NCBI GenBank assembly: GCA_963733675.1
Contig: CAVTET010000004.1
Span: forward strand, 224,001-288,000
DNA: 64,000 nucleotides
Reading direction: 5' to 3'
DNA from: an uncultured Methanosarcinaceae archaeon
GTDB taxonomy: Archaea; Halobacteriota; Methanosarcinia; Methanosarcinales; Methanosarcinaceae
Notes under the pieces: model-generated
Told to the model about the DNA's origin: nothing
Databases searched by the model: none
The model's input: the letters and a program-made list of their open reading frames with translations, nothing else
Made by a program: the position numbers and the translations under genes
Part shown: positions 45,440 through 56,872 of the stretch, in pieces
Position numbering within the stretch: position 1 is the stretch's first letter
How the letters are laid out: every line of letters starts with the position of its first letter

Positions 45440-46169
45440 ATCAAAACTCCATTTCTTTTTTGATATCGAAACCGGATTTTTCAAACAGTTTCAAAGAAGA
45501 CTGAGTGTAATTGATCTTCTCTATATTAAATAGCATATTTTATTATGTGAAGTTATCAGTTAATAAATCTTATTCCAGTGATGATAGAATAATCATTGCG
45601 TAAAGAAGCTATAACTTGCCTTTTTACTTTGGAAGAGAGATCTGAGACGTCTGATTTAGTTCTATTAACCGATAACTGCACATAACTTGCTATCTAATGT
45701 TTTATAAATTGATTATTAGGACAGCCAATTCCTTCTACTGGGAAAAGTATCGATTTTAATCAAAGAAACTAAAATATGAAGCAACTTCTGCAACATAATT
45801 GATAGTCTTCGTGCAAGAAAATTTCTTAACCGTTGATTATTGGATTTGTATTATAAGCAGATATTATATACAAATTTTGATAAATACACTCTCATGGTAT
45901 TTTTTTTAATTACAACTCAAAAACTTAATTCGATATGACAGCAACATTTTCTGGTAAAATAGCGCCATTTTTCAGATTTTAAAGTTAATTTTATAGACTT
46001 TCTACTCTTCAAGTAATAAAATCGCAGTGTTTTAAATAGAAATGTTTTGGCTTTTTGCTGCTGCGCTGATTTTAATGATATCTATCTATTTTCAAAAACT
46101 TTAAGTAAAAACTTCCTTTTATTTCGATTGAAATTGATAAAATGCATATATTATGCAGTAAAAAACCTC

Positions 46170-46570
46170 TACATCAGTGAAGACAAGGTAAAAACTTTTT
46201 CAGCATAACTATTGACCCTTCATCCCGGTATATCTTACAGAATTTGTGATATGCATTCAGAATCTGAGATATTAACAAGTTTACTCAAAAGGCAAAATCT
46301 AACATTCAGGCAAGACTACAATAAAGTTTCAAGGAAGCTAATAGGATTCTCGAAGAAGATAAATTGTTTAGTAAGTCGAATGATTCTCTATTGCACACAT
46401 TTCAATTTCTGTAGAGAACATATAGTATTAACATACCATGATGAAAAAGGCTTTAAATGTAAAAATACATTTACAAGAGAAATCGGAACTACGGAATTAG
46501 AGTGGATTTTAGAGGAATTGCTGACATTCAGGTGTTTCAAAACATCAGCCTTATAACGACAGACGATCAA
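46170..46570 (+). pseudogene. IS1-family transposase 3' remnant
   Basis: RQNLTFRQD..KVSRKLIGFSKK and YCTHFNFCR match archaeal IS1 C-termini. Confidence 0.7.
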
Positions 46571-46681
46571 AAACTTTATTTAACATGTGATTTTTCCTCC
46601 GAAGAAGGAAATATTGTAATCTTTACAATCAGACCTGAATCGTTTCCTCCATTATTTTTTTATTCCTAAAGAAATTGTTGG

Positions 46682-47167
46682 TCAGAGATCAAAGTTAACC
46701 CTTAATACCTCACACTGTGGCATATTTCTAATTTGGACACCTTCTAGTGTTCCTGTTACCTCAAGACTATCAAATTCATTTGAACCGCATAGTATGTCTT
46801 GATTCGGGTGCGTGCCAGGTGTGATATTGCAGCTTAGAACAGTCTTTTTACCAGCAGACACTACGATTGGAAGCCTTGCTGATGCAGGATGGTTCTTCGG
46901 AAGGACTATTAATGGTGACCTGATTTCCCGAATCATGAAGAGAACGCACTTAAGCCCTTTCTCAGTATTCTCATCCACTGAAAGCGCAGAAGCAACAATT
47001 AGATCATGGGGTTCCAGTCCAAGTACAATTTCTTCGTTATCAGTTTCCAGAAAGAACTGTTCACAGGAACCTACTTTTACAATAGCCACAGTTCCTGCAG
47101 TGCCACGCAGAAGAAGCATTTCACTTTCCTTCAGTGAAATGTCTTTAGAAGAGGTCGATTTCGTCAT
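46682..47167 (-). CDS. Hypothetical protein
   Basis: Intact 161-aa ORF with coding-like composition; motifs LPKNHPAS and CNITPGTHPNQDILCG; no function recognised. Confidence 0.7.
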   Translation of the reverse strand: MTKSTSSKDISLKESEMLLLRGTAGTVAIVKVGSCEQFFLETDNEEIVLGLEPHDLIVASALSVDENTEKGLKCVLFMIREIRSPLIVLPKNHPASARLPIVVSAGKKTVLSCNITPGTHPNQDILCGSNEFDSLEVTGTLEGVQIRNMPQCEVLRVNFDL

Positions 47168-47200
47168 GTTAAAAATAAGTATCTAAAAAAATACAGTTGA

Positions 47201-47359
47201 TTAATTGGATTCTGTTACATTTTTGGACTGGCAGGAAGGACACTTCACATTCTTGCCAATACCTTTGAATTTATTCCCACAGTCCTTGCATACATAATCT
47301 TTAACCGGCAATTTTTCTTCCATATCGATATCAAACGCATCTCCAACACTACACATCAT
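47201..47359 (-). CDS. Small zinc-ribbon protein, 52 aa, not in ORF track
   Basis: Manual translation MMCSVGDAFDIDMEEKLPVKDYVCKDCGNKFKGIGKNVKCPSCQSKNVTESN; two CxxC motifs; GAGGT upstream. Confidence 0.78.
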   Translation of the reverse strand: MMCSVGDAFDIDMEEKLPVKDYVCKDCGNKFKGIGKNVKCPSCQSKNVTESN

Positions 47360-48489
47360 TATTACCTCATGATTTTATAAAGGAGTTTACTTAAATTATT
47401 TAACCCTCATATAATTACTCATAATTCTCCAATTAATACTTTTCCATATCTAACCTAGGCAATTTCTGGCCTCGTTTCTCAAATAAGGGAAACCATTCCT
47501 CCAAAAGCATTGTGAAGATGGATACTTTCTTCGTTAATCATTTTGATCATTATAACTTTGTCATCCGAAAGATGAGTAAATTTGTTGACAGTTTTTTGGC
47601 CACGATATGCACATAGTTCTTCATAAACTTTGGAATTTTGTGAGCATCTTCGACAACATATGATTATCATATTATTTTATTAGTTCTAATTAATACTCTT
47701 ATCAATCATATTATGTAATTATACATAGAATACTAGTAGAACACCAGTAGAATTACTCGCCAATTTTTATCCGGTTAATATTCTCTAAGACACTCTTAAT
47801 GACTTCTCTACGACTTTTTGTTTAAAATTTTAATATACTGGAGCGATCTGCTTTAACATATAAAAACTCAACCATTTACCACTAAACACATAAACGTCCG
47901 ACGAATATAGAACGGATTTGAGATATAATTAACTCTCTATCCTTGTATTTTACTAAAAAAATAGGATGTAGAGTCAACAATTATACTAACAATAATTCTT
48001 TCTTAATTTATTAGATTTTTCAATGCATTCTGGGCTCGCTAAATTTTACCATTAATTCTACTGGCATTGACCGCAATCGATCAAAAAAACCTCTTACGTA
48101 TATCTTACATTTTCATCTGAAAATCATGTTCACGATCATATTGCTTTTGTGGATAATTTCTTGACAACTTTCTTATTTTCAAGCTCTTTTCCCTGATAAA
48201 AAAGTCAATTACGCTATTACAAAAGGAACGAAATTGCATATTGGATTGGTTTCAAATTATCCATATCAATATTCTCAACAATATAATATAATGTAGAGAT
48301 ATATTCTTCAAGGTAATTACTATATCATCTACCGAGTGGATAAATTTGTAAAGGATAACTAATGCCTCAGTGGAACTTTTCCAGAAGATTATCAAGCTTA
48401 AAACTTGCAGTATGCATTCTTGACAACTAATGAACTGAAACAACTAGTTATATCAATACAAATGAACATGGAAAAATGTGGAGAAAAGC

Positions 48490-48934
48490 ATGACAAAAGT
48501 CACCCTTAATCAATTTGCATTGACAACTGTTATAATTCTTATTCTTACACTAGAAAGTGCTACTGCTACATCAGACAACCCGCAGAATTCAGTAAGTTGG
48601 TTCAATAAAGGACTTGCTCTATCTAAATTAAATACATCTGATGAAGCAATAAAAGTATATGACAGAGCGATTGAAATTAACCCAAAGGATTCATTCGCGT
48701 GGATTTCTAAAAGACTTGCTCTACATAAATTAAAAAAAAGGAGATGCTCTATATAGCTTAAACAAATTTGATGAAGCATTAAAAGCTTATGAGAAAGCGA
48801 TTGAAATTAACCCGCAGAATGAAAATGCTTGGAGCAATAAATGACTGGCTTTAAATCTATCAGGAAAGCCCGATGAAGCAAAAAACGCGTTTGACAAAGC
48901 ACTTGAAATTAACTCGCAGGATTTAAAAGCTTAG
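48490..48934 (+). pseudogene. Secreted TPR-protein pseudogene
   Basis: Signal-like N-terminus; TPR repeats (WFNKGLAL..DEAIKVYDRAIEINP) continue past a frameshift and stops. Confidence 0.75.
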
Positions 48935-49642
48935 TACAATCAAATAGTTTATCTAAACAAAATAAATCTGAAAATCGATTACTCGTTCAAAAAAAAAATA
49001 TCTAAATAAATAAATAAATTCAGTATTTATAGTTGCAAATATAAACATAGGATCGACTATGACGAGATTCAAGGTAAGGTTCTAATTCTTTGGCAATGAT
49101 AAATTAGTAAATTAGTTTCCACAAAATGGACCTGGTGGCGCTAAAGTTTTTAGGTGGACTATGTGGGCCATGGGGTTTTTGATCGCATATTTGGAAAAAG
49201 TTTAGTGATAATAACATATTTTTTAATAAAAACTATGTATTTCTACACAATTAGATAAAAATATCTAATGATATTGGCTGAAAAACGAGTATAATACACA
49301 GATTTTCACACAAAAAAAACCGTGTATAATAAAGCTGTCCATATTTAAAACTAAATCCAAGAAACAGCATTATTAATGATTCAGTCTGATCGGGAAAAAG
49401 TTGATTTTAACATACGACAAATAGTATGATGAGTTAATAAATATTTTTAAAAATAATTAAATATAAGGAACTCTTAGTCTGTATTTCTATTTCTCGATAT
49501 TTGATATTCATTGAATAATAATATATTGACGATACAATTCAAAATCACTTCCTTTTGTCATACACTACTCTGTTCCAAAATCTAGTGATTTTTACGTTTC
49601 ATCACTGAGATTTGGCGTTGAGTAGACATGTGCTATGAAATA

Positions 49643-49733
49643 GAGAAAGTTTTGATAAACTTCCGATTTTTCACTAGTTGTATGTAAACCAGTTATACAC
49701 ATGTGATAAAATTCGGTAGGTTATTGAAATTTT
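49643..49733. repeat. ~88-bp MITE-like repeat copy (degenerate)
   Basis: TTTTGATAAA...TTATTGAAAT ends; interior GATTTTTCACTAGT. Confidence 0.55.
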
Positions 49734-49833
49734 AGAACTTACGCATTTAACAGCTATTTTTTTGCTGTTCAACTACGTAAGTCCTAAGCCGATTTACATT
49801 GTATCAAATTAAATTAAATGGGAGTGTAAACAA

Positions 49834-50154
49834 ATGTTGGAACTTGTAATTAAAAAAGTACTTGCAGTTTTGCTGTCAGTCCTTTTTGTAGTATCGTTGA
49901 CTACAGTGGCAGCGAGTGCAGATCGTGGGGACCATCATAGAGGACATGGTGACCGTGGCCACGGCTTTGGCTTTGGTGACGGCTTTGGCTTTGGTGGCTA
50001 TGGAGGATTTGGTGGCTGTGGTATGGGCTATGGCGGCTGCGGAGGCTGGGGCTATGGCGGCTGGGGCAGTTTGGGTGGCTATGGCGCCTGCAATGGCTAT
50101 AGTTTCTATGGCTGCGGTGGTTGTCCCGTGGGCATAGCTTATCCTTACTGCTAG
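49834..50154 (+). CDS. Secreted Gly/aromatic/Cys/His-rich small protein
   Basis: Signal peptide (KKVLAVLLSVLFVVSLTTVAASA) followed by a low-complexity GC-rich core; GGGAG upstream. Confidence 0.75.
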   Translation: MLELVIKKVLAVLLSVLFVVSLTTVAASADRGDHHRGHGDRGHGFGFGDGFGFGGYGGFGGCGMGYGGCGGWGYGGWGSLGGYGACNGYSFYGCGGCPVGIAYPYC

Positions 50155-51541
50155 CTAGTTAATATTATATTATAAAAGATATATTGAATAGAGTGAATTC
50201 CGATTTATATTTGGTTAAAACAAGCTACTATATAAACTTTATAAACAACTAGAATAAAATTATAATTTATCGGAATTTTCTATAATTTTTTTGTTGTTTT
50301 ATAAATAATTTTTTGCTCTATGAATTATTTTTTATTGTTAGTGATAATCTCTTTGCGTTGTCTATGTGATTATTATTTTCTTATTTTTCTATTTACGATG
50401 GTTGTTTAGGTTGATTAGTTCCAAGTGTTCCATGAGTTCCATATTCTCTATGAGTTCCAGAAGTTCCATGAGTCAGAGACCAACAATGTTTTCTTATTAC
50501 TGATGGCATTTAGAAAATTCGTAGATTTAATCCCAAAACCTGTGCATTTAAGGGCAAAAATGGGTAGAATTTCAATAAAACTTCTAGCTCAATAAATGAT
50601 TTATATAGGCACTATAAACAACCGGCTAAACCAATGGAGTTTATTGATTAATACTCTAAAGCTACGAGAAAGCTATCAATTACTTTGCAGCTACTTTTCA
50701 AGGCGCTAACGATATTCTGGACTCCACCAATTAATACCGTTGTGGTACCCATCATGCTCATGCCGCTGTGGCCCCCATGACCCCCTGCAGTTTACAAGAT
50801 CAACTTTTTTGACATTTTATATTAACACCGGTCACCTAAGCTAATTTAATAAAATAGAAGAGAATCGGTTGTGGACGATTTAAGGCCGTTTTTTGAGTAG
50901 GTTAGGATTTATCCTTCATTGAATAAATTATATACCTTTTGTAGGGGGCTGAGATGAAGTTTTTTTGACTGGCATGGATAAATTCCCCTATGCTATAATT
51001 CATGAGATAAGGCCCACGTAATGTTAATACTAATTAGCTTAAGTTAGAACTATATATATACAAAAGTATATAATCAATTAAATTTGATTATATTTAATAA
51101 ATTTCCCCGTATATTCAATTAGATATTCGATCGAGCTGTAGGCATCCCCTTCGCCCACAGCTCAAAAGATCACCGTTTTTGCATCTAAGATCAGCCGGCT
51201 CACCAAAGCTAATGAAATGAAGTGAAAAATCTCATTTTGAAAGCCTGCAAAAATCTATCACCGATGCTGACACAAGAGCATAAGTCAGTTTGAGAGTCAC
51301 ACAATCAATGATTCATTTTCGTACGGTAGGTCAGCTCATGATATTGTTACAATAAAGGATATTTATTTAAAATGATATAATATATGTAATATGATATGTT
51401 ATTTAATTTTTTAGACGTAGGGCCACACAGAAAAGAAAAAGATCTCTAACTTTTCATGACTTTCGAAAAGATGGTTTATAAGTTTATTTTCTGGTGTACA
51501 AAGGTTTCCCGAGGTTATAATCCATGAGATAGACTATATAA

Positions 51542-52396
51542 GGTTCCGTTGCAAAAACTTCAACAAAATATGTAAATCTATAAGTGATTAATAAAAATCA
51601 AAACATTCAAGGAAAATGTACTAACATTATAAAACTATACCAAATAATTGATTAATGTATTTGACTTCATTAAGAACAGAGTAATTTAAATCGATTACTT
51701 GTCCTTTTTTGATCATATTTATAGCTTCAATTCCTTTTAAAGTCTTATTAGCAGATCGAAAAGACTGAAATCCTAACATTGGATTAACGATTCTCTTTAT
51801 AGATCTGTGATCTTGTTCTATAATGTTATTCAAATACTTGATTTGTCGAATGCCTACGTTTTTAGGTAGTATTTTATCAATTTTTAGTTTATCTATAGCA
51901 GGTGGATAAGCTGGATTCTTATCAACGGTTATTAATCTTGGAATTTGATTATGATTAGAACTTAAAGCTTTCTTAAAGAATCTCTTTGCTGCTTTTCTAT
52001 CTCGTTTTGAACTTAACATGAAATCAATTGTATCTCCATTTGAGTCAACTGCTCGGTAAAAATATTTCCATTTACCTTTTACTTTGATATAGGTTTCGTC
52101 AACTCTCCATGAATAGTTTGTTAGTCTTAAATGTCTTCTTATCTTCTTTTCGATTTCAGGAGAATATTGATGTACCCATCTCATTATAGTACTGTGATCA
52201 ACTTGAATTCCCCTTTCTATCATCATTTCCTTTAAATTTCTATAACTTAATGCATATTTTAAGTACCATCTTACATTCAATAAGATAATTTCCCCTTCAT
52301 AATGCTTCCATTTAAAGGAATTAGATAGCATGTTACTATCTTTGGTTTTCTTTTTATTCTATTGTATCATTAGAAAGGATTTTTTGCAACGGAACC
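51542..52396 (-). mobile_element. IS6-family insertion sequence, apparently intact
   Basis: Perfect 16-bp TIRs GGTTCCGTTGCAAAAA; 855 bp; no flanking target duplication. Confidence 0.93.
51627..52331 (-). CDS. IS6-family DDE transposase
   Basis: FKWKHY, WRVDETYIKVKGKW, RAVD, NNIIEQDHR. Confidence 0.95.
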   Translation of the reverse strand: MLSNSFKWKHYEGEIILLNVRWYLKYALSYRNLKEMMIERGIQVDHSTIMRWVHQYSPEIEKKIRRHLRLTNYSWRVDETYIKVKGKWKYFYRAVDSNGDTIDFMLSSKRDRKAAKRFFKKALSSNHNQIPRLITVDKNPAYPPAIDKLKIDKILPKNVGIRQIKYLNNIIEQDHRSIKRIVNPMLGFQSFRSANKTLKGIEAINMIKKGQVIDLNYSVLNEVKYINQLFGIVL

Positions 52397-52613
52397 CAAT
52401 ATCTTCTTTATAAATTCGTGTACCGTTCATCATCAAAACTAAATTGCTGTGCAGTTCTCCTTCCCTGGAAAAAAGTTGATCTTCGGAATCACCGACTTTT
52501 TGGCGAAATGATTTGAGGAGCTTTCTCATTGAGGTACCATCTGGATATTCAAGAAAACTGTCCGCTCCAAGAATGTCCTTAATCTGAGCAAAGGTTTTTA
52601 TTCGAATCTTCAT
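52397..52613 (-). pseudogene. MoaD/ThiS/SAMP ubiquitin-like sulfur carrier, 3'-truncated by IS6
   Basis: MKIRIKTFAQIKDILG...LVLMMNG beta-grasp pattern; frame runs into the IS6 IR at 52396; C-terminal GG absent. Confidence 0.8.
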
Positions 52614-52720
52614 AGCATCACTATCAACATTACATTTGCTTTACTACATCATACTCTTGGATGACCCTAAGCCTTTGTTTGGGGACAAAATGTATTTTAC
52701 CAATAATGTCTTTTCAGTAT

Positions 52721-52736
52721 ATTCACAATTGTGAAT
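52721..52736. promoter_or_regulatory. Palindromic operator ATTCACAATTGTGAAT (moaD/larE divergent region)
   Basis: Perfect 16-bp palindrome; recurs at 56654, 60396 and 60579. Confidence 0.75.
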
Positions 52737-52808
52737 GATGTTATGAAATATAAAGTTTTTGGAACTTGCAGAAGAGAACTGTGAAAATCAAAAGGTCGGT
52801 ATTCATTC

Positions 52809-53606
52809 ATGGACAAAGGAAGTATACACGATGCATTGCTCAAAGAGCTTTCAGGATTTGATTGCTTACTCATTTCATATTCTGGGGGTATAGACAGCAC
52901 TTTACTTGCAATATTTGCGCAAAAGGCACTCCACGAGAGAGCCAAGTGTATACTTTTTGATGCGCCTATAGTCCCAAGAAGAGCAGTTAATGATGCAATT
53001 GAAATCGCATGTAAATTCGGTTTATCCTACAGCATATTGCCTTTTTCCATAATGGAAAATGAAGAATTCAGGAAAAATAGCCCCAATCGTTGCTACATTT
53101 GCAAAAAACAATCTGCAAGGATTTTACGGGAACAAACTGAAAAGCTGGGAATTTCAAATATAGCAGATGGAATCAATGCTTCAGATCTTGATGAATACCG
53201 TCCAGGGCTTCAAGCAAGTAATGAAGAAAAGATCATTCATCCCTTTCTTTCTCTAGAAATTCAAAAAACTGAAATAAGGCAAATAGCTAAGGAATGTGGT
53301 TTTGATTTTTGGAACAAACCTTCATCTTCATGCCTTGCATCGCGAATTCCATACGGTGACGAAATCACGCTCGAGAAGCTGGAAATGGTGGAAAACGCGG
53401 AGAATATAATGCACGATCTGGGTTTTTCCAATTTGCGTGTACGTCTGCATGGTAAAATTGCACGAATCGAGTTGATACCTGAAGAATTCGAGAAAGCAAT
53501 AAACATTCGACATAGAATCGGGGAGTTATTGCAAGAATGCGGTTTTTCTTATGTCACTCTCGATCTTAAAGGATATAGAAGCGGCAGTATGGATGAAGTG
53601 CTATGA
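52809..53606 (+). CDS. larE: LarE-family ATP-dependent sulfur transferase
   Basis: PP-loop SYSGGIDS, RCYICK, DG.NASD...YRPG, KPSSSCLASRIPYG, GYRSGS. Confidence 0.88.
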   Translation: MDKGSIHDALLKELSGFDCLLISYSGGIDSTLLAIFAQKALHERAKCILFDAPIVPRRAVNDAIEIACKFGLSYSILPFSIMENEEFRKNSPNRCYICKKQSARILREQTEKLGISNIADGINASDLDEYRPGLQASNEEKIIHPFLSLEIQKTEIRQIAKECGFDFWNKPSSSCLASRIPYGDEITLEKLEMVENAENIMHDLGFSNLRVRLHGKIARIELIPEEFEKAINIRHRIGELLQECGFSYVTLDLKGYRSGSMDEVL

Positions 53607-54289
53607 AAATTGAAAATTATGTCGTTGATTTCCAGACACCTCAATATCTCCATCATGTGGATAATGCCGCAACAAGTCTGATTCATGATCAGTCATGACT
53701 TTGATTAACGAATACAATCGACAATATCACGCTAATGTGCAGTTTCAACCTTTTACACTAGAACAGGGAATACACATATATATAGGATTTTTTGGATAGG
53801 ATATTAAGGTCCGTATAAATAATGGCTGTCTGTAGACTCAATGCTCTTATAAGGTAATAAGTTCTGGATTAATACATTAAGTGGGCTTTTCCCAGACAAC
53901 TGTTACTTGTTGAAGAAGATTTTCCTCTGAAATGGTAAGAAAATTTCTGATAGCCAATATTTCTATTGTTGCCTCCAAAGTACCACCACTAATCCCGCCA
54001 TAAGTATGGGAAACGATCAGATTTTGTTATTGTTGAACGTTGTCCAAAGTCAAAACAGAAACATCTACACCAACATGAACAGGGGTAAGAATCATGAATG
54101 TGTTTGATCATACCATCCTGAACACTCTGCTTGATAGAACTTGGACTCTTTTAGAGAGGTCTCATCATTTTCGTTGGTATAAATTAGTGATTTAGAATAA
54201 ATTTATTAAGCATCATATAACTCTTTCTGCCCTGGATCTGTCTGATTTCCATAGCAAAATCAGAACAGAACCTCCCACCGATTATATTA

Positions 54290-54378
54290 AAAATTTCGAT
54301 AACTCACCGATTTTCACAAGTCATTTATATGCTATTTATAAGCATGTAATGAAATTAAGAAGTTTATCGAAATCTTCT
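54290..54378. repeat. ~88-bp MITE-like repeat copy
   Basis: ATTTCGATAA...TTATCGAAAT; interior GATTTTCACAAGTCATTTATAT. Confidence 0.7.
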
Positions 54379-54420
54379 ATATATTCCAGTATGGAACGTA
54401 ATACTCCTAGACTGATATTT

Positions 54421-55377
54421 TCAGGTGGACTGTTGATCTTGTACTTGTTCTTTGAATCGATTCCAGTTCCAAGGTTCATCAAGGATATTGACACTAACTT
54501 TTTCTATTCCGCCCACGTTCAGAACTTTTCGCTTTACTTGGTCCTTGAGGTATTCTGCCATAGGGCAAATATTTGTTGTCAATACAAGGTTTACGTCTAC
54601 ATTTGCTCCATCCACAATTACTTCTTTGACCATCCCCATCTTGACAATATCTATACCAACCTCTGGATCGATTACTTGTTTCAGCTGGGAATAAATTTGT
54701 TCATCTTTTTTAGGAACGGTTTTTTGTAAAAATGTCCTGTGCAAAGGTGCATATTTTTGTGCATGAGCCTGTTCTTCTAGCCTGCTCAACCTGTCAAGCA
54801 TTTGGCTTACTAAAGACAGCATGGGGTCAGGTAACTTATTGTGATCCAGTTGCCCTGCAGATACCGCTGGCTGTGGCTCTGCAATTCTGGCAGGGACCCC
54901 CACAACAGTAGCTTCGGGTGGGACTGATCGAATTACAACCGAGCCTGCACCTACTTTAGCACCTCTTCCAATAGTAATTGGTCCAAGTACAATCGAACCT
55001 GAACCAAGAACAACGTCTTTCTCAACAGTAGGATGGCGTTTTATCCTCTCAAGGGCTGTTCCTCCAAGTACAACTCCCATGTATATGAGGACGTCATCAC
55101 CTACTTCAGCAGTTTCACCAATTACTACGCCAGACCCATGATCAATAAATACCCGCTTTCCGAGTTTTGCTCCAGGGTGAATCTCAATTCCTGTAAGTGT
55201 CCTGGAGATATGGGATAGCAAACGAGCAAAAAAAAAGAAATGTTTTTCCCAGAGAAAGTGAGATAATCGATGAAACCAGACAGCATGCAGTCCTGGATAA
55301 CAGCAAAGTACTTCCAGAGTAGACCTTGCTGCAGGATCTTTTTCAAAAACTGTCCTTACATCTTCCCTGATTCCCAT
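54421..55377 (-). CDS. cysE: Serine O-acetyltransferase fused to a C-terminal DUF59/SufT (MIP18-like) domain
   Basis: [32 protein letters not shown]; then [14 protein letters not shown]...LTTNICP. Confidence 0.9.
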   Translation of the reverse strand: MGIREDVRTVFEKDPAARSTLEVLCCYPGLHAVWFHRLSHFLWEKHFFFFARLLSHISRTLTGIEIHPGAKLGKRVFIDHGSGVVIGETAEVGDDVLIYMGVVLGGTALERIKRHPTVEKDVVLGSGSIVLGPITIGRGAKVGAGSVVIRSVPPEATVVGVPARIAEPQPAVSAGQLDHNKLPDPMLSLVSQMLDRLSRLEEQAHAQKYAPLHRTFLQKTVPKKDEQIYSQLKQVIDPEVGIDIVKMGMVKEVIVDGANVDVNLVLTTNICPMAEYLKDQVKRKVLNVGGIEKVSVNILDEPWNWNRFKEQVQDQQST

Positions 55378-55407
55378 TTAGAACCTCCAATGTCAATTTC
55401 AAATAGA

Positions 55408-56334
55408 TCAATCAAACAGATCGGTACTCAGATAACGCTCTCCAGTATCCGGTAAGATTACAACAATCATTTTCCCGATCATTTCCACCCTGTAAGCAAC
55501 TTGCAATGCCGCATATGTAGCTGCACCTGAAGATATGCCTGCAAGGATACCTTCTTCTCTTGCTAATCTTTTGGCAGTAACAGCGGCATCGTCTCCATCT
55601 ACCTTAATTATCTCATCAACCAGGTCAAGCCGGAGTACATCAGGAATGAACCCTGCACCGATGCCTTGTATTCTATGGGGTCCGGGTTTTCCTCCGCTGA
55701 GAACTGGAGACTCTGCGGGTTCGACTGCAACTACCTTGAAAGTAGGTTTCCGTTTTTTGATGATGCTGGCAACACCTGTAATGGTTCCCCCTGTTCCCAC
55801 GCCTGCTACAATAGCATCCACCTTGCCATCAGTATCTTTCCATATTTCCTCGGCAGTCGTCCGGCTGTGGATTTCCGGGTTTTCAAGGTTCTGAAATTGC
55901 TGAGGTATAAAATAAAGCATAGGATCTTCTGCAGCCATTTGTTCTGCTCTACGGACTGCTCCTTTCATTCCTTCGCTTCCGGGTGTCAGGACGAGTTCTG
56001 CTCCCAGCGCCTTCAGTAGCTTTCTCCTTTCGATAGTCATTTTCTCAGGCATGACCAGTATCAATTTATAGCCACGGGCAGCACATACGCTTGCAAGTGC
56101 TATACCCGTATTACCGCTAGTTGGCTCAATTATGATAGTACCATTTTTGATCTTTCCTTCGCGTTCAGCTCCTTCGATCATTGCCAATCCAATTCTATCC
56201 TTTACACTTCCCAGTGGGTTAAAAGACTCCAGTTTGACTACCACATCAGCATACAGATCTTCTGTCATATGATTTAACCTAACAAGCGGTGTGTTACCTA
56301 TTGTCCATGTTATGTCGGAGTATATTTTTCCCAT
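55408..56334 (-). CDS. cysK: Cysteine synthase A (O-acetylserine sulfhydrylase)
   Basis: [15 protein letters not shown] (PLP Lys), [28 protein letters not shown]; start MGKIY. Confidence 0.96.
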   Translation of the reverse strand: MGKIYSDITWTIGNTPLVRLNHMTEDLYADVVVKLESFNPLGSVKDRIGLAMIEGAEREGKIKNGTIIIEPTSGNTGIALASVCAARGYKLILVMPEKMTIERRKLLKALGAELVLTPGSEGMKGAVRRAEQMAAEDPMLYFIPQQFQNLENPEIHSRTTAEEIWKDTDGKVDAIVAGVGTGGTITGVASIIKKRKPTFKVVAVEPAESPVLSGGKPGPHRIQGIGAGFIPDVLRLDLVDEIIKVDGDDAAVTAKRLAREEGILAGISSGAATYAALQVAYRVEMIGKMIVVILPDTGERYLSTDLFD

Positions 56335-56454
56335 GCAATTACCTTCTCCTGCTGTCTTCTCTAAATTCATGTAATTTAATTCATTCAAAAATATATCAAA
56401 AATTGCCAGTAATACATATTTTTTCACTTGAAACCTTTATCGAGCATAATTACA

Positions 56455-56565
56455 GAGGATTTCAATAAAGCTCTAATTTACACGAGTCACCTGTATATAA
56501 TTTGTACACTATTTCTATACAATTTGTAAGGGTATGACAAAATTTAGAGGTTTGATCGAAATCTC
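56455..56565. repeat. MITE-like repeat copy with ~20-bp internal insertion, in the cysK leader
   Basis: GAGGATTTCAATAAA...TTTGATCGAAATCTC; reverse-complement homolog of 67-151. Confidence 0.7.
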
Positions 56566-56653
56566 TACATCTTATCTTAAGCATTACAAAGCGCCTGAAA
56601 TTTTGCAATTCTGAGCTAGCATTTATATCGCAATATAAAGCGATTTACAAAAT

Positions 56654-56669
56654 ATTCACAATTGTGAAT
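56654..56669. promoter_or_regulatory. Palindromic operator upstream of cysK-cysE
   Basis: Perfect ATTCACAATTGTGAAT, 14 nt downstream of a minus-strand TATA-like CTATATAT. Confidence 0.75.
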
Positions 56670-56872
56670 TTAGCTTATGTTAGATATATAGTTATCAAGG
56701 AGCTTTTGTACCTAAGAGTATAAAATTGGCGAAAACTCTGAATTCTTTTATTTTTTTACCTATGTACTTGTAAACTCGATTATTTCAGCGCATATAGGAA
56801 TCCGCTTGTTCTCAACTGCAGCCGCTCTATCAATTGCAAAAAAGAAAATAAGATTCGCATAGTGTATTGGAA

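Noticed and set aside
51125-51215. Group II intron domain V/VI on the minus strand
   Set aside because: It begins GAGCCG and ends CTCGAT, but the domain V stem does not pair and no RT ORF is present.
53800-54285. Possible transposase or other gene remnant between larE and cysE
   Set aside because: Composition looks coding-like, but I could not assign any motif in six frames.
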